64,000 nucleotides of DNA from Chrysomallon squamiferum (lineage: Eukaryota; Animalia; Mollusca). Under the pieces are notes generated by a model. That model had not been told where the DNA came from. It ran no database searches and saw only the letters and a program-made list of their open reading frames with translations. Each line of letters begins with the position of its first letter. The stretch's first letter is position 1. The stretch is taken from assembly GCA_012295275.1 (NCBI GenBank), contig CM022677.1:15128001-15192000 (forward strand). Reading direction: 5' to 3'. This document shows positions 43,030 through 52,122 of this stretch, one piece after another. The translations under genes and the position numbers were made by a program.

Positions 43030-43590
43030 AGTTGAACAGACTGGCTTTTGGCTTTTTTACCAAATGTACTTTAACACCCGAAGGTGCATAGTCACGTGAC
43101 ATAACGTCATCTCAAAATAAAAAAAAAAGTATATAGGGTGGGGGGTGAAAGAAAGGACATGATATATTGTCAACCTAACTCTTGTGATTTGTAAAAAAAA
43201 CAAAGATCTTCATTACTGGCTTTTGGCTTTTTGACCAAAAGTACTTTTAACCCAAAGGTGCTTAAGCTTCGCCCGAAGGAGCTTAAGTTAAAGTACATTT
43301 GGTCAAAAAGCCAAAAGCCAGTAATGAGGATCTTTGCAAATCACAAGAGTTAGGTTGACAACTAAACTCTTGTTATCGTAAAAAAAAAAAAAAAAGTTCC
43401 CCATGATTGGCTTTTGGCTTTTGGCTTTTTAACCAAATGTACTTTTGACCCGAAGGTGATAATGTTCCTTCGGGCAAAGCCAAAACCTGAAGTTAAAAGT
43501 ACATTTAGTTAAAAAGCCAAAAAGCCAACAGCCAATATGAGTTAAACTTTTTTTTTTACAATAACAAGAGTAGAGTTGAAATATATCATG
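43030..43590. repeat. Rearranged terminal hairpin cluster of parvovirus-like element 1 (one half hairpin and two full hairpins)
   Basis: Stems 43167-43250/43287-43361 and about 43362-43449/43492-43578. Loops contain CCCGAAGG...CCTTCGGG. Arms carry reiterated (TGGCTTT)n. Confidence 0.88.
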
Positions 43591-43763
43591 ATTTTCTGCG
43601 ACTTCTTTTTTGTTTTGTTAATAATGTTATTTTTCATTGTATTTATATATAAAATTAATATGACAAAGTAAATTTAATTATTTAACTTTTATTAACGTAA
43701 CAATGTAACTATGATTAACATTTTAAACAGCATCAGTGATATCATTTGTTTATGATATAATAT

Positions 43764-45898
43764 TCATTTATAGGAATGAAAAATGTCAAACACTTTATAA
43801 TTAATTTGCGATGGCAGAATAATGTTTTCGATATCAATGTCCAAAGCTTGGTTATTATTCATATACGCTTCTGGAACTGTATTATCAGCAGGGTTATTGT
43901 CATCTTCAGATGCTATAAACCGATCTTGAGAATGTTCATCTGACGTGTTACCACTTATCATATCACAGTCTCATCGTTTTGCTTTCAGAAGTTTTCGTTT
44001 CTTCTTTGGAGATTCATTGATGATGTCTTCATTCTGATTGAGATCTTTCTCTTCATTTTCTATATAGGCTTCGATGTTATCGTATTGCCTCTTTACTCCA
44101 CATGATTCTTGTGATTCGTTGTCAAAAGAGTCATTGAAGTAACTATACTTAGCTTGAATTGTCTTGTCGTTTTGTAGTGGATTGAGTTTATCGTTAAAGA
44201 ATTGTTTATCGTTTTCAATCGGAACCATTATTTCGTCTTCAGATGGATCTTCGCACAAGGTGAATAATTTAGGATGTAGCAATCCGTAAGCTCGTTTTAG
44301 TGTATTGCTTTTCTTCAAGTGCTCGATGAAGTACAATCTAGTTTTCATAATACTCATTGGGTTGATGTAATGTTCTGTCCAAAAGGAATGTTGCTGTTTA
44401 AATTACATAAGCTTGCTTTGCAATACACCGGTGTCGTTCCCTTTCGCTCTCATGTTGCCTTACTGCCACTGAGAAGATCTTTGTATTTGTCTATGTTTAC
44501 TTGGGTAATAGCTATTTCTTCTCTAATAACAATTTTTTTGTCACCCAGCATCTGCCATGGAAAATTGTCTTTCGCTATTTTACCGGAACATGTCAAAGGT
44601 TCAAACAAACTCGACGACAACATTGTCTTGCCGGAATCGCTCTCGCCTTGTAAATAGATTCCAATTTTCTTTTTTGCCTTTGCCTTTCAAAAGGGTATTC
44701 ATTAGTACATAGAACCATCACTCTGGTATCTCTTGTTCCTGGCACCAACTGTTAAATAGTTTCAAAGAATCTTCTGGTGTCATATAGTTTTCTAGGTTAT
44801 CGTCGAGAGCTTTTATCTAATCGTAGGCACTTTTATCTGCTTGTTCCATTAGGTATTTGGTTCTTGCTGCTTTAAATATTTTTTTCCAGATATGTTGGCA
44901 ACAGCATTACAAAGAGCTTTAAATTCATTGCTCGATGTATCGAATTTGCTTTTTGAGCATATTGAGTTTATTCACATCTGGATACTTCTGAACCAATTTG
45001 TCAAAAAAAAAGTCGAATGTGTCTGCTGATTTGGTAGACATGAGGTGACTTGGAATCTTTTTCAGGCTTGTTAGTTGGAATATCATCATCAATGTCTATA
45101 ATGTTCTTTGTTTCTTGATTTATCTCCTTTACTGTCATTCCTTGTCCATGTTGTAACACGTCACTGTGTTCATTTAAAAATTCCTGAACCGTCATTTTTT
45201 TCTTGGGAGGCTTAACTTCAAATGTCTTTATATCTTCGTTGATAGACGTGTCTTCGAATACAGTATTTTCATTATAATTATCTTTAGCCAGTTTTTTCTT
45301 GATCCAGTAATAGATTCCATTTATTGAGCATGTCCGGACAATTTGTTCCTAAAACATTTTCTCGTCATCTCTTATTAAGTAGTTCATGAATTCAGATACA
45401 GAGTATTTGTATGGCTGACGTAACTTCCTTAACTTTATATACCCTTTTTCAGCCAGAACAGCTCAGTGTAAACGTCTATACTGACGATCTTGACTTGGAT
45501 GTGTCATCGTTGTTGTCCATATGATATGGACATGACTTCCATTTGTAGGTATGTTGGAGTCCATATCACACGATTTATCGTGGTACACTAACAGCATCTT
45601 CCAGTTTTATTCCTTAACATGTTTTAAGTTCAGTTATCACTCTATCCTGACCTCTCATCATGAACTCCGATTGCGGAGTCGACCAATGGTCCACGCACTT
45701 GTCTAGAATGTCTTGGTGGTCCATGACGAAACTCTTGATATAATTCTTTCCCATGGCGTAAACATATTTTCCGTTCTTATCTTTTCAAGGCATCTTGGAA
45801 CCAGATAGTTGGGATGCACCAAGTCATTACTCTTTATGTCCCAATATAATTGAGTAATATTCAGAAGTATTAGTAGCGTCTTCAATATATTTCTCCAT
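43764..45898 (-). pseudogene. NS1: Parvoviral NS1/Rep pseudogene (element 1)
   Basis: ATG at 45898. HUH motif GSHVHIIW..PSQDRQYRRLH* (about 45540-45465), Walker A IGIYLQGESDSGKT (about 44665-44625), YKDLLSGSKATCERKG, IMKTRL..YGLLHPKLF. Colinear with 49050-51227 but broken by stops and frameshifts. Confidence 0.93.
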
Positions 45899-45971
45899 AG
45901 TGGTGCTGGATTATAACCATGCTTCTTTAACGTGTAGCAAGTCAGTTAATGACAAACGACAAAAATATTTT

Positions 45972-46040
45972 TGAACGTCAGCTTTATTTATACCAATATT
46001 TACATGACGTCATTGATATGACGTAATGAGATGTTACGTG
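45972..46040 (-). promoter_or_regulatory. NS promoter of element 1 (CRE/ACGT motifs plus TATA)
   Basis: Minus strand reads TTACGTCAT-N4-ATGACGTCATGTA-N7-GTATAAATAAAGC, nearly identical to 48934-48979. Confidence 0.75.
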
Positions 46041-46148
46041 ATCTGTAACACAACAGACTTTTCACTGTGTTCTTTTTGGCAAATAGTTCTTTAAAATAGT
46101 AATTAACGATAAGTAGTAAAATAACTAATATGAACAATGAATAATTAT

Positions 46149-46269
46149 TTAAATAGGATAAGAATAATCAGTTTCGTTTTCTTTAATTTAGGAAACCGTT
46201 CTGTCTCCTGTATGTTCCATGTAATGGCTAGACAACTCGTCATATCGACTTTCTTCGATTCGAATTGTC
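46149..46269 (-). pseudogene. VP: C-terminal remnant of the capsid-like gene of element 1 (truncated by the gap)
   Basis: Minus strand gives DNSNRRKSI*RVV*PLHGTY / GDRTVS*IKENETDYSYPI*, matching the end of the 707-aa ORF (DNWNRRRNRRGQLWPVHGAYGDRTVETMANSMDWSYPI*). Confidence 0.85.
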
Positions 46270-46469
46270 NNNNNNNNNNNNNNNNNNNNNNNNNNNNNNN
46301 NNNNNNNNNNNNNNNNNNNNNNNNNNNNNNNNNNNNNNNNNNNNNNNNNNNNNNNNNNNNNNNNNNNNNNNNNNNNNNNNNNNNNNNNNNNNNNNNNNNN
46401 NNNNNNNNNNNNNNNNNNNNNNNNNNNNNNNNNNNNNNNNNNNNNNNNNNNNNNNNNNNNNNNNNNNNN
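46270..46469. other. Assembly gap (200 N) between the two viral elements
   Basis: Exactly 200 N; the distance and relative orientation of the flanks depend on scaffolding. Confidence 0.99.
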
Positions 46470-46495
46470 AGATTCGACTACCCAGCTATAACTGA

Positions 46496-46747
46496 AATAA
46501 TAGGGCTGATAGTATATTATTAGACCCTGCTATAAATATAGGAACATCTGTAGATGAATCGGCTGTTGAAGGTATATCTGATTATACTAAAAATCAGATT
46601 GAACAAGCAATTAATGAACTAGGGAATTTCGTAAATACAGAAGGAAAATATATAGATACCGACGTCACACCCAATGAACGTAATCAGATAGAGGCTGAAG
46701 AAGACGAAAACGTATCATATATATTTACGCGTATACCGGTTTCATGA
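46496..46747 (+). CDS. 3' part of an acidic upstream viral ORF whose TGA overlaps the capsid ATG (ATGA)
   Basis: 83 open codons (NNRADSILLDPAINIGTSVDESAVEGISDY...EAEEDENVSYIFTRIPVS*) with no ATG. Preceded by one TGA at 46493 and then the gap. Confidence 0.5.
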   Translation, partial: NNRADSILLDPAINIGTSVDESAVEGISDYTKNQIEQAINELGNFVNTEGKYIDTDVTPNERNQIEAEEDENVSYIFTRIPVS

Positions 46748-48867
46748 CAAAAGGCAAACGACTTTTGACGAAGACAGAGGTCACTCGTCTGTGGGCTATA
46801 GCAAAATCTAAAGCATTTAATAAATTAGCTGAACTAAATGTCCCCTATTCAAAACGACAAGAAAGGTGGCTTCAGATCAGACGTCAGTATCCAAATATAC
46901 AAATTCCGAATAACGATTTCTATCAGGCAATTCAGAATATTGGGCAAGACTATAACTCTATTAAAGATTCGGACGAAGACGACCCTTTCGGCACCCCTTT
47001 ATTCTACGATAACGAAGAACAACAAGGAGATTTACACGACTCATCCAGACATCCAGATCAATCAACTATGAAACGACATTCATCTGAACCATCTGGAGGA
47101 CCGGATGCAAAGTTTAGAGATAATAAACAATTATCTAGCAAAGTCTCTCAAGATGTATTAGACAGGTCTAATTCTAAAGGAACCTATTTACAACCTGAAG
47201 AATCGGTGATGGAACCGGATTCAATAATGAATGAAGAGGTTACAGATACTGGTGGAAGTGAAGCAATAGAAGGTGCACCTATGGCGTCCGCTACTGGTAA
47301 TAATGTATTATACCAGGGTTTTGGTGGAACTACAAAAGTATTAGATCCTAGATACATTACGATTAAAAAGACATTTAAAAGTACATTTACTAGTACAAAT
47401 AATTTTACAAAAGAACGAAAAGCAGAAATGAAAATATTAGATAACAATACAGATGATGTAAATTGGAAAAAAGCAATAGGAGATCCAAATGTTTGTGAAT
47501 TTAAATTTAACCATGGTGGACATATTATTCCATATTGGTATAAAGCTGCTAGTACTAAACCTGATGATTGGAATTTGCCAGATGATTTTCTTGGCTATAA
47601 GGTCAAGAAAATAGGTTTTAATATAAACAACATGATTATTCATGTATTGAATAATAATAAATCAGATCCTAACGAAGTTCCTGTTATGGCACCACCTAAT
47701 TCACGTGTATGGACATTTACAGATATACATAATGATTACGGTTTACCAGAAAATAATTTAATGTTACATCATAACCATTACTTCAGAGATGAAGAATGTA
47801 TGGATAGTGTTTCTGAACGTAGCATAAAGGTACAACCAGATAGAAAGCTATACATGCCTAGTGATATGGCCATGCAATTATTAAATCATGCATGGACTGG
47901 TACAGATGGTATTAATTATAAAGCAGAATCTCCAAATTATATTTATGATATGAAGAAACACGACGGTTATCGTGAAACCGTTATTAGTGCAGGAGGCTTT
48001 GCATTAGATTATACTTGCAAAGATTCTCCGTTAATATTGTTTCCATCTGAAACATCACATACTCTGAACTTTACAGATGTAACAGGTTTATGTCAAAAAT
48101 CTAAATATCAATGTGCTAATGAAAACAAAGGCAATTTAGAAGTATGGCCTACTCATGATATAATAATTACTGACAATTCTAAACATCCTATGGGTACAGC
48201 TATATGTTGTTATTTCAATCATCAATATAGACGGATACATTATACAGCATGTTTTCAAAATAAAGCATCTAATGTACTTGGTGCACCTTCAATGGTAGAT
48301 GATGGAGGTACCAAATATAGTAATCAAGGTGTAATGCATAACAATTCAAATAATCCGAATGTTGATGCATGTAAAGATGGATCACATAGACGTACATACC
48401 AATGTAATAGACCTCCGATATTCATGATTGGATTATATCCTGATGTAGAAAAAACTAGTGGAGGAACTACATTATTTTTTAACTATCATGCAAACATTCA
48501 AATAACTTATTACAGTGAAATAGAATTTGTAGTTAGAACAGGTATGTGTCCTAAATACATTCCAATTGGGTTGGGTGGATGTCCAGGTAATATGTTAGGA
48601 CTAACATTCAAGGGAAATGAATCTACACCAATGGGAAATAAAGATAACGTTAAACATACAGAACAAGATCAATTTTTGGGTGAAACAGAAGCAAAATATA
48701 AAGAAAGAATACAAAAAACATGGAAAATGCGTTGTTTTGCTCCTGTTTGGGATAATTGGAATAGACGTAGAAATAGACGTGGACAATTATGGCCAGTTCA
48801 TGGTGCATATGGTGATAGAACAGTTGAAACAATGGCTAATTCAATGGATTGGTCATATCCAATATAA
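46744..48867 (+). CDS. VP: Parvovirus/densovirus-like capsid protein (707 aa, uninterrupted)
   Basis: Intronless ORF with a low-complexity acidic/Ser N-terminus and Gly-rich segment (TGGSEAIEGAPMASATG..GFGG). It then has beta-strand-like blocks resembling parvoviral jelly-roll strands (HIIPYWY, GYKVKKIGFNI, RPPIFMIGL, ANIQITYYSEIEF). Adjacent to NS1 and a hairpin. No PLA2 motif seen. Confidence 0.8.
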   Translation: MTKGKRLLTKTEVTRLWAIAKSKAFNKLAELNVPYSKRQERWLQIRRQYPNIQIPNNDFYQAIQNIGQDYNSIKDSDEDDPFGTPLFYDNEEQQGDLHDSSRHPDQSTMKRHSSEPSGGPDAKFRDNKQLSSKVSQDVLDRSNSKGTYLQPEESVMEPDSIMNEEVTDTGGSEAIEGAPMASATGNNVLYQGFGGTTKVLDPRYITIKKTFKSTFTSTNNFTKERKAEMKILDNNTDDVNWKKAIGDPNVCEFKFNHGGHIIPYWYKAASTKPDDWNLPDDFLGYKVKKIGFNINNMIIHVLNNNKSDPNEVPVMAPPNSRVWTFTDIHNDYGLPENNLMLHHNHYFRDEECMDSVSERSIKVQPDRKLYMPSDMAMQLLNHAWTGTDGINYKAESPNYIYDMKKHDGYRETVISAGGFALDYTCKDSPLILFPSETSHTLNFTDVTGLCQKSKYQCANENKGNLEVWPTHDIIITDNSKHPMGTAICCYFNHQYRRIHYTACFQNKASNVLGAPSMVDDGGTKYSNQGVMHNNSNNPNVDACKDGSHRRTYQCNRPPIFMIGLYPDVEKTSGGTTLFFNYHANIQITYYSEIEFVVRTGMCPKYIPIGLGGCPGNMLGLTFKGNESTPMGNKDNVKHTEQDQFLGETEAKYKERIQKTWKMRCFAPVWDNWNRRRNRRGQLWPVHGAYGDRTVETMANSMDWSYPI

Positions 48868-48900
48868 TATAGCGTATGAATACAGTTAATAGTCTTTTAA

Positions 48901-49000
48901 TAACGTTACGTTCAATTTGTCACGTATACCATATTACGTCATAATAATGACGTCATGTATATAATAGTATAAATAAAGCAACGTTCAAAAGTTTTTCAGT
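48901..49000 (+). promoter_or_regulatory. NS promoter of element 2: ACGT/CRE cluster, TATA box overlapping AATAAA, and Inr
   Basis: TTACGTCA at 48934, TGACGTCA at 48948, TATAAATA at 48968 (AATAAA at 48972), TCAGT at 48996. Conserved in element 1. Confidence 0.78.
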
Positions 49001-49049
49001 CGTTACTGATCATTCTATACTATTTAACATAATATATAGATAGATATAA

Positions 49050-51227
49050 ATGGATCGTTTCGTAGACTTGCCGGATGAAACTTATTATAGTGTTTTGGTG
49101 GGTCATATCAATTACGACATGGTCCATCCAAAATAACTGGTACCGAGAAGTCTTGCCAAGGATAAGGATGGTAATTTTATTTATGCAGTGGGAAAGCAAT
49201 ATATAAAATCCTACCAGATGGATATGCAAGAGGTTCTAGACAAGGTAGTTGACCATTGGTCTAAACCTGGCTATGAAGAATTGTCACGAGGCCAAGATAG
49301 AGTAATAAACGAATTAAAAGCTTTTTTGAGGAATAAGTCATGGAAGACTCTACTTGTATACCACCAAAAGGACTGTCAGGCCATAACGGATCATACTACG
49401 TATGGGACACATTGCCACATAGTATGGAAAACCACTCTCAAAACGCCATCACAAGATAGGCAATATAGAAGATTACATCGTGCCATCTTGAATGAGGGTG
49501 GATATCTTAAGATATTAAAATTAAAGGATCCACAACGATCATCATTGCAGCATTACATGAAATATCTAATGAACGATAATGAGAAACAATTTATGGGAAC
49601 AACCGACCAGAGTATGTTAAACATATGGAATGAGATAGAGAAGGAAATAAACGAGAATGACAATGAAATACTGAATATCTTGAGTGACTTTTTTGACCAA
49701 TCGGGTTCTAAAAAATTGGATAAAACAATAGTATCGAACATAAAGGATCCAGTAAGAAAACAAGACATTATTGATAAACCATCTACATCACATTATAATA
49801 ACAAAGGAATGACAGCTGCTGATGTCAAATGTGACAATACGTTAATCCAAGCAATGGATACATCAGACATTATAAAAGATGAAAAAGTGGACAAACCAGT
49901 TATCCCGTCACATTTGATTAACACAAAATCATCGGAGACATTGGAATTTTTCTATACCTTGATTAAACAGTATCCTGAAATAAACAAACTGAACTTACTA
50001 ATTGGAAAATTTGATTCAGGAAGCAACGAGTTTAAAGCTCTCTGTAATGCCGTTGCTAACTCTTCGGGTGAAAAGTTGTTCAAAGCAGCTAGAACTAAAT
50101 ATCTCGAAGAACAGGCAGATAAGTCAGCGTATGAACAGATCAATATCATGAACGATACAATTGACCATTATATGAATCCTGATGATAGTTTTAAGATCTT
50201 TAATTCGTGGTGTAGGGAACAGGAAATACCAGAAAGATGGTTGTATACATTGATTGTAGCGTTGTTAAAGGGAAAGGGCAAAAAGAAGATAGGGATTTAT
50301 TTTCAAGGAGAATCAGATAGTGGGAAAACAATGTTGTCAAGTTCCCTATTTGAATCCGTTTCCACAGCAGGAAAGATTGCCAAGGATAATTTTCCTTGGC
50401 AAATGTTAGGAGGGAAAAAGATCATATTAGGAGAGGAAATATCGATAAATCAATCCAACATTGACAAATATAAAGACCTGTTGAGTGGTTCTAAAGCAAC
50501 CTGCGAACGAAAGGGAACGACACCTTGTTACTGCCGAGGGAACATTTGTTTGTTAAATTCAAATACTAAATTCGGCGACGGCCTCACCACATCGCAGATA
50601 AGAATAATGAAAACACGATTATTCTTAGTAGAAGGACTTAAACGAAGTAACATACTTACACAATGCTATGGATTATTACATCCCAAACTATTCGTTGTTG
50701 GAAGAGAACCATCCGACGATGAAATGACACTCGCTATGGAAAACGATCGAGAATATTTCACGAATATAAACAATATTCATCAAAATGATAATACATTTGA
50801 AGGACGATTAAGCTATTTCAACGATCACTTCGATAACAGTCAAGAGGATTCACCTACTGAACATACCAATAATATTAAAACAGAAATAAATGAACAGCCA
50901 CCGACAGAATACATAATAATTCCAGATTCAGATGATGAAAGTACATACAATCCGTCACAAGACATGTTTATTCAATCTCAAAATAAAATCAGAGAATAAT
51001 TACAGGATAAAAAAGGAATGAAACGCAAAAGGTATGAGGTGGATACTGAAGACATTTCGGATGATTCTATTGACCCTAATTACATAACAATTGATCATGA
51101 GCCAGAAGATCCGACAGAAAAACGTTTTAAGTTTTATATCCCACCATCCCAACCATTTGAAACAATGTTCACCGAGACAATACCGGAATCACAGTTTAAC
51201 ATCTTCAACAAATATAAAAACGAATGA
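49050..51227 (+). pseudogene. NS1: Parvoviral NS1/Rep (HUH endonuclease plus SF3 helicase), about 725 codons with two in-frame TAA stops; catalytic core 49188-50999 open
   Basis: HUH motif GTHCHIVW, candidate catalytic Tyr in YMKYL, Walker A GESDSGKT, Walker B ILGEE, B' KDLLSG..CERKG, motif C LLNSN. ATG 49050 and the 51018-51227 ORF are in the same frame, separated by TAA at 49134 and 50997. Confidence 0.95.
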
Positions 51228-51491
51228 ACATATATAAAGACTGTTCTTTTAATTTAAATTACTAAATATATAATGATAATGTTTTAACGGATTAATTAAT
51301 GTTGCATATAGTTATATATTATAATGTTAATAAATATATATTAAAAGTTATATAGTCTTATTATTAATTACATATTATAATGTTAATAAATATATATTAA
51401 AAGTTATATTTTCTTTTTATTATTTATATTATATTATATATTATAATTATATATTATAATAATAATTAATAAACATGCCGGATGATGATAG

Positions 51492-51873
51492 ATCCCAACT
51501 CAACTCTTGTGTAATTTTTAAAAAACAAAGTATAACTGTAATCGATTTTTGGTTTTGCGGTCTTAAAAGCCAATGTGTACTTTTAGCCCGAAGGTGACTA
51601 GCTCCTTCGGGCGTAGCCCGAGCCCTACGGTCATAAGCTAAAAGTACACATTGGCTTTTAAGACCGCAAAACCAAAAATCGATTACAGTTATACTTTGTT
51701 TTTTAAAAATTACACAAGAGTTGAGCTTATGACCGTAACTAGCTCCTTCGGGCGTAGCCCGAGCCCTACGGTCATAAGTTAAAAGTACATATTGGCTTTC
51801 AAGGCCAAAAAAACAAAAAACCATTCGAGTTATACATTGTTTTTTCAATAATAAACAAGAGTTGGGTTGGGAT
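51492..51873. repeat. Terminal branched (T/Y-shaped) hairpin of element 2 with a duplicated loop and second arm
   Basis: 89-bp arms 51499-51587 and 51637-51725 appear perfectly complementary. Ears are GCCCGAAGG/CCTTCGGGC and CGTAG/CTACG. The loop is repeated at about 51738-51778, followed by a diverged arm ending GTTGGGAT at 51873. Confidence 0.92.
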
Positions 51874-52074
51874 GATCGCTGACTGTAAATCATAAAACAA
51901 AACACCTGAATTGATGTAAGGAACGTGTTTTTATTAGTTTGCGTGCATTTCAATACGAATATTGAGTCCTTTTTTTCACATTCGCAGTTTACAAAAGGCA
52001 CTTTACGTACACATTCCTATTCACAAAATAAATTTAAATAGGATAAGTTTACATTTGTATAGACAGATAGATAT

Positions 52075-52122
<48 letters not shown>

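Noticed and set aside
46137-46523. ORFs spanning the N gaps (also 9321-9593)
   Set aside because: Artefacts of translating N runs.
48868-49049. Possibility that the VP-NS order is a circular permutation or concatemer of a normal NS-VP genome
   Set aside because: No hairpin or ITR remnant lies in the spacer, the hairpin is downstream of NS, and the same spacer layout occurs in the divergent second element.
50997-51227. Programmed stop readthrough or a separate small gene after NS1
   Set aside because: The in-frame stops lie at non-homologous positions in the two elements (after SQDMFI in one, before SQDRFI in the other), which favours independent nonsense mutations.
46744-51227. Bidnavirus, Polinton/Maverick or Helitron identity for the viral cassette
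   Set aside because: No protein-primed PolB, integrase, packaging ATPase or PIF1 helicase is present. HUH plus SF3 plus hairpin telomere fits a parvovirus-like element.
51447-52001. 184-aa minus-strand ORF beside NS1 (possible ambisense gene)
   Set aside because: It runs across the host repeat and the hairpin; its internal peptide repeat simply mirrors the duplicated loop.
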